Source: a virus. Taken from it: DNA of 64,000 bases. Position numbers and translations under genes: made by a program. The DNA lies in IMG/VR virus record IMGVR_UViG_3300031999_000005, positions 39,757 to 103,756 of that record. One strand, given 5' to 3'. The notes under the pieces were generated by a model. That model worked only from the letters and a program-made list of their open reading frames with translations. It had not been told where the DNA came from and ran no database searches. This document shows, piece by piece, positions 6,891 to 15,489 of the stretch. Positions within the stretch are counted from its first letter, which is position 1, and each line of letters begins with the position of its first letter.

Positions 6891-8650
6891 GTGTTGCTCT
6901 GCACATCGCGGAAGGACTGAACCTGCCGATTGATCTGGCAACGCAGACCATTCTCATTGTCGGCAAGCGCGGCAGTGGGAAGAGCACCACCTGCGTCCGT
7001 CTGGCCGAACAATTTTTCAAGGCGAAGATACCATTCGTCTCGATAGACCCGACCGATACATGGTACGGCCTGAAGGCTTCCAAGGATGGAAAGGGACCTG
7101 GACTGGGCGTCTACATCTTTGGTGGCCGGCACGCTGATCTCCCACTGGAGTCCACCGCAGGGGCGCTTGTAGCTGATGTGGTGGTGGATCATCGCATCTC
7201 CGCAGTTCTCTCCATTAAGCACTTCTCTGGCCGGGAGCGCGGTCGGTTTGTGTCGGACTTCGCTGACCGCCTCTACCACCGGAATACCGAACCTCTGCAC
7301 CTCTTCTTGGAGGAAGCCCATGAAGTGGCACCTCAGCAACCGTTCAAGGGCGAAGAAGAAATGCTTGGGCGAGTCACGCGGATCTGGAAACTCGGTCGAT
7401 CATCTGGCCTTGGTGGTTCAGCCATCACGCAGCGGCCAGCCTCGTTGTCGAAAAACATCACGACGCAGGCAGAGGTTCTAATAGTCCACCGGATTCTTGG
7501 GCCGCAGGATGTTGCGGCCATTCGGGAATGGATCAAATACCACGGGGAGAGCGACCAAGTTCTTTCACAACTGTCTGGATTGAAAACCGGTGAGGCATGG
7601 CTTTGGGCACCGGACTTCCCTGAAGGGTCTCCAATCGGACTTCGGCGGGTGAAAATCCTCGACCGCGAGACTTTCAATTCTTCGGCAACACCGAAGGCCG
7701 GGGAGCGCCAAACCGAACCGAAGGTGCTAGCCCCGGTTGATCTCGATGCCCTCCGTTCGAAGATGGCGGCTACCATTGAGCGTTCCAAGGCCGACGATCC
7801 GAAGGAACTGCGGAAGAAACTTGCGGCCAAGGATGCGGAGATTCGGAAGTTAACCGCTGGCATCAAGCCGGTCGATCCCGAAGCGCTGGAGCGTGCCCGC
7901 CAGGAAGGCGCGGACAATGCGGCCCGGCAGTTTCGCGGAGAGACCAAGAAACTCCAGGACAAGATAAAGGATACGGCGCAATTGCTGGCTGGCATCCGGG
8001 GGAGTTTCGATAAAGCCTGTGAGATTTTGAATGAGGCGTGCCTGGGAGAAATCAAGGCTGTGCCGTTCACTGAGGTAATGAGTCGGCCGAACCAGAGATT
8101 CAAGGCACCCGCTTTCAGACCCACGCCCCCCATCCTGCCGCGCAGGAACAAAGTGGTCGTTGAGGATGACGGGAATCTGACCGGCCCGGAGCAACGCATT
8201 CTGGACGCTATTGCTTGGATGGAAAGTATTGGAGTGAATCAGCCAGAGCAACCTGCCGTGGCATTCTTGGCGGGATACAGGATTGGCGGGGGTGCCTGGA
8301 ATAATCCTCGCGGTCGATTGCGAACCAGGGGACTGGTTGAATACGCCGGGAATTGCGTGCTACTGACTGAGGCTGGCCGTGCCCTTGCCAACAAGCCTGA
8401 TACACCGGCTACCACTGAGGGTCTGCACGCTGCCATCATGGCCCGGCTTCGCGGCCCTGAGCAGAAAATCCTGCGCGTGATCTTGGAGCGGTATCCTCAC
8501 AGTATCTCGAACGAGGAATGCGCGGCAGAGGCGGGGTACTCCCTGGGTGGTGCTTACAATAATCCCCGCGGTCGACTGCGGACACTGGGATTGATTGAAT
8601 ACCCTAGCGGCGGGATGCTGCGGGCGCGGGGCATCCTTTTCTTGGAGTGA
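6887..8650 (+). CDS. HerA/FtsK-superfamily (DUF87-like) ATPase with coiled coil and tandem C-terminal winged-helix repeats
   Basis: Walker A GKRGSGKS, Walker B LFLEEAH, GR..G and ITQRPA. Duplicated L.GPEQ.IL...AGY..GGA.NNPRGRLRT.GL.EY. Confidence 0.85.
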   Translation: MSVALHIAEGLNLPIDLATQTILIVGKRGSGKSTTCVRLAEQFFKAKIPFVSIDPTDTWYGLKASKDGKGPGLGVYIFGGRHADLPLESTAGALVADVVVDHRISAVLSIKHFSGRERGRFVSDFADRLYHRNTEPLHLFLEEAHEVAPQQPFKGEEEMLGRVTRIWKLGRSSGLGGSAITQRPASLSKNITTQAEVLIVHRILGPQDVAAIREWIKYHGESDQVLSQLSGLKTGEAWLWAPDFPEGSPIGLRRVKILDRETFNSSATPKAGERQTEPKVLAPVDLDALRSKMAATIERSKADDPKELRKKLAAKDAEIRKLTAGIKPVDPEALERARQEGADNAARQFRGETKKLQDKIKDTAQLLAGIRGSFDKACEILNEACLGEIKAVPFTEVMSRPNQRFKAPAFRPTPPILPRRNKVVVEDDGNLTGPEQRILDAIAWMESIGVNQPEQPAVAFLAGYRIGGGAWNNPRGRLRTRGLVEYAGNCVLLTEAGRALANKPDTPATTEGLHAAIMARLRGPEQKILRVILERYPHSISNEECAAEAGYSLGGAYNNPRGRLRTLGLIEYPSGGMLRARGILFLE

Positions 8651-8653
8651 ACC

Positions 8654-8890
8654 ATGATCGAATGCACCCTTCACGATTTTCACCAATGGCTGGATGAACA
8701 GGGTTGGCCGAGTGAAATCATTCTGCATCCAGACGACTTCACGCTGCTACAAGCCCGCTTTGGACCCGGAGACCGCAAACTGCTGTTCGATGACTGGAGA
8801 AACTATTTTATCTGTGGGCCTACGCGCATTCGACCGGGTGCCTCCAACAAGAAGTTTCTGGACGTGAGCAAGGAGAGACTGTTCAAGTGA
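8654..8890 (+). CDS. hypothetical protein
   Basis: GGAG RBS; coupled to the next ORF. Confidence 0.5.
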   Translation: MIECTLHDFHQWLDEQGWPSEIILHPDDFTLLQARFGPGDRKLLFDDWRNYFICGPTRIRPGASNKKFLDVSKERLFK

Positions 8891-9741
8891 AGCGCCAACA
8901 TCCAAATTTGGACATGCCGAAGGGCAAGCGCAAGTTCCACTGGAAGAGAGTCAACTACGCCTTGTTCGTCACGATTCGCAAGACGCCGAAGTTGGAAGCC
9001 TCTGCCGTCTACGGTCGTGCCATCGGGTTGAGGAAGGACGGCCAGACGTTTTCTGCGCTGGCCGCGTTGCCCTGGATCATCCCAAGGAAATTCGACTGGC
9101 GCCCGATAGCCAAGGCCCGCCTGGATTCTTTTCTTCTCGCAGATTGCCGCTGCAAATCGGAGGGTTCCGAAGTCACCACCTGCAAGATGCACCACGGGAT
9201 ACGAGGAAAGTGGTTGGCCGAAGACGCCAAGAGAACCAAAGAACTGCCAGCACAGCCAAATCTCTCGCTTGATTCTGGGCCGGTGTCTGGCTTCAGGGTG
9301 ATGAACAGAAACTATCCCTGGTGCGTGATGATCCTGGAGAAGAACGAGTGGTTCTGCGACATCTGCAAGGCCGCACACCCAGCGCATGAGGACAACCCGA
9401 GCTACCGGAATCAATTCATCCTGAGACATTCCCATTGCGGATTTCCGGCGGCGGGATATGCAGAATCGCTGCGGAAGTGCAATCTCAGCACATGGGCAGA
9501 CGCAGCGGCTGAGGCCAGGAAGCGCATAGATGAAGCTAGAAGGCGGGCAGACAAGGTTGAGGGAGAAGTGCAAGGTTATCGTCTCTTGGAGGTAGCCTTC
9601 AAAGAAATCTCTGCCGGTCGGTGCAATCCATACCTTCCTGAGCGAATGTCCTTTGAGGAAGTGGTCCAGCATGCTGTAGGGGAAGGGGTGGCGATTCCCG
9701 AATCGCTACGCCCGCAACTGTTGGAGGGAAAGAGCCGATGA
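8887..9741 (+). CDS. hypothetical protein
   Basis: 284-aa ORF overlapping its neighbours by GTGA/ATGA; C-terminal coiled coil. Confidence 0.55.
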   Translation: MKRQHPNLDMPKGKRKFHWKRVNYALFVTIRKTPKLEASAVYGRAIGLRKDGQTFSALAALPWIIPRKFDWRPIAKARLDSFLLADCRCKSEGSEVTTCKMHHGIRGKWLAEDAKRTKELPAQPNLSLDSGPVSGFRVMNRNYPWCVMILEKNEWFCDICKAAHPAHEDNPSYRNQFILRHSHCGFPAAGYAESLRKCNLSTWADAAAEARKRIDEARRRADKVEGEVQGYRLLEVAFKEISAGRCNPYLPERMSFEEVVQHAVGEGVAIPESLRPQLLEGKSR

Positions 9742-10163
9742 ACAGGCGCGAATTCTTCAAGAGCCTTGCCCTTGGTGCTGCGGTGATTGCCATTCCGGGC
9801 GCGGCACTGAAGGTGCTTGCTCAGAATCCAGGCAACCCGGCTGCTACCGCTGCCATCAAGACACAGGCGCCGCTTACGCTTCGTGCCCTCCAGAAAGCAT
9901 TCTTTGAGTGCTCGGTAGGCAAGGAATGCCCTTCGCAGATTTTTCTCAGTTCCTCTTGCTGGATCAAATTCGAGGAAATGATGCGCAACCACGATGAACG
10001 GCAATTATTCGTCAATCCTAAACGCCCGATCCAGAATCTCACTTTCCATGGTGCCGATGTCTGCCCCGATCCTGACACCCCGGACGACATGATGGTCTTC
10101 ATCAACGAAGAACATCCTGATAATCCCAGTCTGAACAAGCGTTTCCGTCTGGACGAAATCTGA
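9738..10163 (+). CDS. Tat-signal protein carrying a major-capsid A-domain paralogue
   Basis: MNRREFFK + hydrophobic stretch + VLA-Q. The mature part aligns by eye with the LSLKEVQ..WFLN segment of this phage's capsid protein. Confidence 0.7.
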   Translation: MNRREFFKSLALGAAVIAIPGAALKVLAQNPGNPAATAAIKTQAPLTLRALQKAFFECSVGKECPSQIFLSSSCWIKFEEMMRNHDERQLFVNPKRPIQNLTFHGADVCPDPDTPDDMMVFINEEHPDNPSLNKRFRLDEI

Positions 10164-10226
10164 GATTGACAGGTTCGATGTTTTACAAGTATGCTGACAA
10201 TCGCCGCAGCAGAAAGGAACTGACAA

Positions 10227-10460
10227 ATGCCATACCCGAACGAAAGTCCATTGGTTCTTCTCGACTCCCTGGTTTGCAGCATGTGCTTGCATATCATGCG
10301 CCGCGTGTTGGAGATCGATGCGAATGGGAAGTTCAAGAAAGCCACCCACTACTGCGACACCTGCAAGTACGGATACGAAATAACCAGGGATAAGGCCCTG
10401 CATCCAGCCAATGGCCGTGATGTGCCGTGGGTTGCCGAAGTGAAGGATGGTGCCAAGTGA
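10227..10460 (+). CDS. small Zn-ribbon protein
   Basis: CSMC...CDTC; AAGGA RBS. Confidence 0.55.
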   Translation: MPYPNESPLVLLDSLVCSMCLHIMRRVLEIDANGKFKKATHYCDTCKYGYEITRDKALHPANGRDVPWVAEVKDGAK

Positions 10461-10735
10461 TTCGTGACCCGCTCGGAAGAATTTTCAAGCCCGGCCAGAA
10501 GGTCATTCTCGCCAAGGGCATCCTGCCGGAGATGATCTTGGCGCAGGTGATGGAGGTCAACGACAACATCCTCACCACGGGGCCAAACCAGCAGCAGCCG
10601 CGGACGGTGGTGTTTGGTCTCGGCAGTTTCACTGTGGCCTTGGGTGGTCCCGGAGATGTAGTCAACGTTTCGATCATCGTCCAGGAAGCTGACGAGAAGA
10701 TCCCGCAGATCGAAGGGGAAAGCAAGGTGAACTGA
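10457..10735 (+). CDS. hypothetical protein
   Basis: GTGA overlap start; RDPLGRIFKPGQKV SH3-like start. Confidence 0.55.
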   Translation: MIRDPLGRIFKPGQKVILAKGILPEMILAQVMEVNDNILTTGPNQQQPRTVVFGLGSFTVALGGPGDVVNVSIIVQEADEKIPQIEGESKVN

Positions 10736-11217
10736 TGAAGGACGCATTATACGCCCTTGTTTTGGTGTTGATTGGCCTGCTGGCTGGCGGCATGGTTCTG
10801 GCCCTGGCCTTTCTCTTCTACCTTGTCCGCCAAGCAGTGATGAACCTCACGGCGGCCTGCGCTGCGCTCCAGAAGGACATCAGCGACTTCCGTGGGGCGA
10901 TGGAGAGATTGGCGGTAAGCCCTGATTACCAAGGAGCGATTACGGCCGTCCGCACGATTGCGGTTCTTGGGCCGGCAGTGACGGCGCGGGTGGAGGCCCT
11001 TACTGTGGTGATTGGGAACTGGGTCAAGATCATGAACATCAGGGGAGAAGGGCCAGCGAAGGAAGTGGACTCAGCGGCCTACGGGTACAGCGAACAAATG
11101 GCGGCGCAGAACGAAGCAGCAAGGGAACTGGGGAAGCAAGGGATCGTTCTTGCGGAGGCGCCGGCGGAGATCCCGGTGGACAAGATGCGGACGCTTTCGC
11201 AGGAGCCGCCAGGGTAA
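10735..11217 (+). CDS. membrane protein
   Basis: Long N-terminal hydrophobic segment; TGATG coupling. Confidence 0.6.
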   Translation: MKDALYALVLVLIGLLAGGMVLALAFLFYLVRQAVMNLTAACAALQKDISDFRGAMERLAVSPDYQGAITAVRTIAVLGPAVTARVEALTVVIGNWVKIMNIRGEGPAKEVDSAAYGYSEQMAAQNEAARELGKQGIVLAEAPAEIPVDKMRTLSQEPPG

Positions 11218-11271
11218 AGAATCGGGGCCGGTTGTGGGGAGTTCGTCGAATAGGAGTAGAATAAGGCGGGC

Positions 11272-11329
11272 CGCAGCGGTGCATGGTATTCGAGGAAACC
11301 TCGAACCAGAAACACACCGCTGCGTTTTT
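11272..11329 (+). terminator. long hairpin followed by T5 (terminator or ncRNA element)
   Basis: CGCAGCGGTG / CACCGCTGCG stem with inner TTCGAGG-AAA-CCTCGAA, followed by TTTTT. Confidence 0.5.
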
Positions 11330-11377
11330 AAGGCTCCTCCGCTCAGAAATGAACAGCCGGCCTCCGAACGGCCCTTG

Positions 11378-11454
11378 CGCTCCAGGCTAAGATTCGTGGC
11401 ACGCCGGTTGCAGCCCGGCGGGATTCTAGGTGACGTGACTCTTAGCTTGGAGCG
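11378..11454 (+). ncRNA. structured RNA hairpin domain
   Basis: 15-bp stem CGCTCCAGGCTAAGA / TCTTAGCTTGGAGCG enclosing a GCCGG-TTGCAGC-CCGGC stem-loop. Confidence 0.45.
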
Positions 11455-11603
11455 GAGCGGCCCGATGCGGCGTGGAAGGACACGCGGGCGCAAGCCAGCA
11501 CGGGGATTCGGCGGACGGCCCCTGGTGAAACGGCCTAATAGCCAGGGGTGGCGATTACCGATGAAAGTGCAGCCGGGTTAGAACCGGCCATCGGGTCGCT
11601 CCA
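11454..11603 (+). ncRNA. tRNA-like structured RNA
   Basis: 14-bp closing stem 11454-67/11589-602, D-arm-like GCGTG-GAAGGA-CACGC, T-arm-like GCCGG-GTTAGAA-CCGGC, expanded central domain. Confidence 0.55.
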
Positions 11604-11609
11604 CTACTT

Positions 11610-11686
11610 CGGGGCGTAGCGCAGCCTGGTAGCGCGCTTGCCTTGGGCGCCGGTAATCCCCGGTTCAAATCCGGGCGCCCCGACCA
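11610..11686 (+). tRNA. tRNA-Pro (TGG)
   Basis: Full cloverleaf: CGGGGCG/CGCCCCG acceptor stem, D-loop AGCCTGGTA, anticodon TGG at 11644-46, TTCAAAT T-loop, encoded CCA. Confidence 0.95.
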
Positions 11687-11725
11687 ACCTAACGAACGTC
11701 CACATTCGGATGTAAAACCTACCTC

Positions 11726-11755
11726 TTGACTCCCTGCCGGTTCTCGAACCACAAT
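11726..11755 (+). promoter_or_regulatory. putative promoter of the packaging operon
   Basis: TTGACT-18bp-CACAAT, 10 nt before the TerS ATG; palindrome copy at 11696-11713 just upstream. Confidence 0.45.
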
Positions 11756-11765
11756 ATCAGCGAAT

Positions 11766-12326
11766 ATGCCGCCCAACGTCCTTGCCTCGCCTGTCCACCG
11801 ATTTCGCTATGCTCGGGCACGAAGCGGGATGACCATTGAGGACATCGCCGCACAGGATCATGTGTCCGTCGATACGGTCAGAACCTCCATCAAGGCGGTC
11901 GAAATTCGCAAGCAACTGTGCAGCATTCATGAGGTAGAGACGGCGGAGGCGCAATTGCTGCTCGACACGATTCCCTTGCAACAGAAGGCTCTTACAGAGG
12001 CCCTGGTTGCCACGCAGATCGTCATGGGAACGAAGGGAAGGGTCAAAGAGGTTCCTGACCACACCACCCGGATGCGCGCTGTTGACGTGCTGACACAGAA
12101 ATCCGCATCGCTCCGACCGCAGGTAAAGATCGCCCCGACCACTCAGGTGAACGTCAACACCGGGAACCAAACACTGGTAAACGGCATGACGTTTGAAGAC
12201 CGGGTGCGGCAGATCGTGGAAAAACGCCGAGAAGCTGAGACCGTGCCTGCGCTGGCCGCCCCAGTTGATTTGGGCGGCTACATCGAGGCTGAACCCGAAG
12301 GGGATGTCGATGGCGATAAGCCGTAA
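11766..12326 (+). CDS. terminase small subunit (putative)
   Basis: N-terminal HTH, EVPDHTTRMRAV motif, position directly upstream of TerL. Confidence 0.7.
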   Translation: MPPNVLASPVHRFRYARARSGMTIEDIAAQDHVSVDTVRTSIKAVEIRKQLCSIHEVETAEAQLLLDTIPLQQKALTEALVATQIVMGTKGRVKEVPDHTTRMRAVDVLTQKSASLRPQVKIAPTTQVNVNTGNQTLVNGMTFEDRVRQIVEKRREAETVPALAAPVDLGGYIEAEPEGDVDGDKP

Positions 12327-15300
12327 AGACCCCTACCTGAACGAAATCCTCGAAATCCTGGACATGATCTACGATCAGGCAGGGAATGACATCGCTCGGG
12401 CCTATTCGAGCCTCGGCACGCACGAACTGAAATTCATCGAGGAAGAAACCACCCGTTGCGCTGACTGGCGGTACTACGTCGAAAATTATCACATCATCCG
12501 CACCGTGGACGGGAATCTTCAGACGCTCTATCCACTGTGGGACAGCCAGGAAATCTTTTATGAACCGGTGCTTCTAGCGCAGAGAGCACACCTGCCGGTT
12601 CGGATAATTACGCTCAAGGCAAGGCGACTCGGCCTCTCGACAGAATGTCAATCGCTGATCTTCCATAAAACCATCTTCACCCATAATTGGGATTCGCTGA
12701 TCGTTGCGCAGGACCCTGACCAGACAGCGTACCTTTTTGAGATGAGCCGGCTCGCCTACGAGAAATTGCCCTGGTGGATGCGGCCTGAATCGCGGTATGA
12801 CGTGAAGGGCACCCAATTGGTGTTTGACCGCAAGGACCCGAAGGAACGTTTGCTGCATCCGGGTTTGCGCTCACAGATCATGGTTGCCTCAGCTAATAAA
12901 ATGTCAGGAATTTCTGTGGGTAAGGCGCTCATGTCAACGCACCTGTGCCTGACTAAAGAAAACTATGTGTTGCGACAGGATGGGAAGATAACCCCGATCT
13001 CAGAAATAAAGGTTGGTGACAGGGTTGAATCCCGTTGCGGACCTGTCCCGGTGTCTTTCGTGTCTTTCAGGGAATCAGATGCTAATGTCAGTGTCACGCC
13101 TTGGTGCAATTCTGCATTTCCGATCATCGGCACACCGAACCACCGCATTCTCTGTGGGGAACTCGTCAAGAAGCAAATTGCCGGAAAGCGGGGACCTGCA
13201 ATAAGGAATATCCGGTGGGTAGAACTGGGCAAGGTGTCGCTGAAAGATTGTCTAGTGATTCCAGTAAAGAAAATTTCTGACACACGAGAGTTGCCTGTGG
13301 CACGTTTGCCCGAGTCATTCCGTCGAAAACATGGAGGAGGCTCGATCCCGCTCCCGATCAGTCCACAGAAAACCAGAGAATGGGGATTTGCCATTGGCCT
13401 TTATCTGGCCGAGGGAAGCATCGAAAAGGCAAAAGTCATAATCAGTCTCGACAAAAAAGAGAATGGGTTGGCTAGTCGCTTTTCAAGGGCAATCGGAGTC
13501 GCTGAAGGGAAAGTGGGAAAGTCCCGAAAAACAAGGACCAGGGTGCATCGTTTCTATAATGCTGCGTTGGCTACGTGGCTTGCTGACAATTTCGGGCATC
13601 ATGGAGAAAAGATCATCCCCGATTGGGCATGGGAGACGGGCCGCGACTTTTTGCTGGGGATTATCGAAGGTCTGATGCTCGGAGACGGCCACTTCCCGCT
13701 CAAAAATAGAGAGTGCATATTTTGCTCCATCTGTCCACAGTTGTCGATCCGCCTGCGAGACGCCGTAGCGTCATTGGGGATCGGTTACGGTTCGCTGTAT
13801 CTCAGGAAAGCTGGAATTCGATACGGGAGAAACTGCAAGAATGCTTGGTTGACCCATTTTGCGATGAAAACAAATGATTCGCTTCGCCTACTCTTTGGGA
13901 TCAAGCCATCTAGAAAGGTCCAGAGACATCATGGTAAGCACTGGTATTATTCCTTGAACAGATCAGAGATTTACGTGCGTCTGCGAAAAATAGAAGAGGT
14001 CCTCGGTGATACGGTCTATGACATTGAGGTCGATTCCCCAAACCACGAATTTTTGCTTCCTGGAGCCGTTACACACAATTCAGAATTGAGCCTCTGGCCT
14101 GATCCCAAGAAGCTGGCCGAGTATCTTTTCCCGACGATGGAGAGCAACCAGGGTTTGTACTTCATGGAATCCACGTCGCGTGGTCGGCATGGATTCTGGC
14201 CGCGATTCTGGAAAAAATCGGTGCGGCGGGAAACTAACTGGACCCCTGTTTTTATTGAGTCATTCCGGGTGAGGAAGTATTCGATCCCAATTGACGCAGG
14301 TGAGAATTTCGTGCTGACGGCTGAAGAAAAGGCCATCCGCGACAAGGTTTTGAGGCAGCGGAAAGTCGAAATCCCCCTGGAGCATTTCAAGTGGCGCCGG
14401 AAGACAATCCAGGACTTTGTTGCGGCAAATGGCGATGATTCGATGTACTACCAGGAATTCCCGGCCACGAGTCCTTCAGAATCATTCGTGGGCACTGGCT
14501 TGTGTGCGTTTGACAAGAAAAAACTTCAGCGGATCAGGGAAGAAACGTGTTGCGATCCAATCTGGTTTGGTGAGATTCGCCTGGAAAAGAAAAAGCCGCG
14601 AGCCATCCTGTACGAATCTGCCAAGGCTGCACATATTCCTCCGCAGACAGTGGAAGGTGGTCGGTTATACGTTTGGGAGATGCCCGAGCCGAAGGAAATC
14701 TACTATGTGTCAGGTGACGTGGCCGAAGGAATCATCGGAGGTAATTTCTCGGATGCGCAGGTGCTTCGCAAGGGGAAGGGACCGGCTCCAGATGTGCAGG
14801 TAGCCGAATGGCACGGGTGGATCAGCCCAGAGGAATTCGCTGAAGTTTTGGCCGCCCTGGGGATGCTCTACAACAATGCTGAAATAGCGCCGGAAACCAA
14901 CGCGAAGTGTGGTGGACTGATGATCGGGCACCTCTCGCGGGTGGTTGAATACGAGAACATTTTCCGGTGGAAGCATTACGACAAAGTGAAAAACCAGCGG
15001 ACGAACTACCTTGGTTGGGCCACGAACACCAAGAGCCGAGCGGACATCATTGCTAAGGGAACCCGTGCGGTCAGAGAGGGCCTAGTGATAATCCGCAGCG
15101 AGGAGTTGGTCGAGGAAATGTTCGATTTCGCCAGCACTGATGACTCGGTGAAGATCGAGGGCCAGGACAACTGGGATGATCGTGTGATGAGTTTCCTAAT
15201 TGGCTATTTCTGTGCGCACGATTCAGACGAATACACGGACTACGGAAAAAGCAGCGAACCAGAAAAGGACAGAGGGCGAGATTTCTACAACACCGAATCC

Positions 15301-15435
15301 TGTGCGCCTTGTACCAATCGACCACCGAGCCAGACGGTCTTCCACGATCAAAAAATGCCATCGGACATGAGCCTGTACTTGGCGAATGCACCGATGCCTG
15401 AAGGAGATGACAACGAACTGTGGAAGAGGTTATAA
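12310..15435 (+). CDS. terL: terminase large subunit (intein-containing)
   Basis: LKARRLGLST Walker A region; HL|SE Walker B split by the intein; MESTSRG coupling motif; nuclease SGDVAEG...DDRVMS. Confidence 0.95.
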   Translation: MAISRKDPYLNEILEILDMIYDQAGNDIARAYSSLGTHELKFIEEETTRCADWRYYVENYHIIRTVDGNLQTLYPLWDSQEIFYEPVLLAQRAHLPVRIITLKARRLGLSTECQSLIFHKTIFTHNWDSLIVAQDPDQTAYLFEMSRLAYEKLPWWMRPESRYDVKGTQLVFDRKDPKERLLHPGLRSQIMVASANKMSGISVGKALMSTHLCLTKENYVLRQDGKITPISEIKVGDRVESRCGPVPVSFVSFRESDANVSVTPWCNSAFPIIGTPNHRILCGELVKKQIAGKRGPAIRNIRWVELGKVSLKDCLVIPVKKISDTRELPVARLPESFRRKHGGGSIPLPISPQKTREWGFAIGLYLAEGSIEKAKVIISLDKKENGLASRFSRAIGVAEGKVGKSRKTRTRVHRFYNAALATWLADNFGHHGEKIIPDWAWETGRDFLLGIIEGLMLGDGHFPLKNRECIFCSICPQLSIRLRDAVASLGIGYGSLYLRKAGIRYGRNCKNAWLTHFAMKTNDSLRLLFGIKPSRKVQRHHGKHWYYSLNRSEIYVRLRKIEEVLGDTVYDIEVDSPNHEFLLPGAVTHNSELSLWPDPKKLAEYLFPTMESNQGLYFMESTSRGRHGFWPRFWKKSVRRETNWTPVFIESFRVRKYSIPIDAGENFVLTAEEKAIRDKVLRQRKVEIPLEHFKWRRKTIQDFVAANGDDSMYYQEFPATSPSESFVGTGLCAFDKKKLQRIREETCCDPIWFGEIRLEKKKPRAILYESAKAAHIPPQTVEGGRLYVWEMPEPKEIYYVSGDVAEGIIGGNFSDAQVLRKGKGPAPDVQVAEWHGWISPEEFAEVLAALGMLYNNAEIAPETNAKCGGLMIGHLSRVVEYENIFRWKHYDKVKNQRTNYLGWATNTKSRADIIAKGTRAVREGLVIIRSEELVEEMFDFASTDDSVKIEGQDNWDDRVMSFLIGYFCAHDSDEYTDYGKSSEPEKDRGRDFYNTESCAPCTNRPPSQTVFHDQKMPSDMSLYLANAPMPEGDDNELWKRL
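12946..14079 (+). mobile_element. intein with LAGLIDADG homing endonuclease (378 aa)
   Basis: Begins CLTKENYV and ends VYDIEV..HEFLLPGAVTHN|S. Block B TPNHRI; LAGLIDADG helices IGLYLAEGS and IEGLMLGDG. Confidence 0.95.
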
Positions 15436-15489
15436 TCTAACCGCTGGCGCCCCGGCAGGCAGCGTCCAGCGAAGGAGGAAGTTTCAATA

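Noticed and set aside
11150-11581. 143-aa Arg-rich ORF
   Set aside because: No RBS or family motif, and it overlaps strongly base-paired RNA elements.
11610-11686. tRNA as a prophage attachment site/boundary
   Set aside because: Phage genes continue on both sides, and no integrase or duplicated tRNA 3' end was seen.
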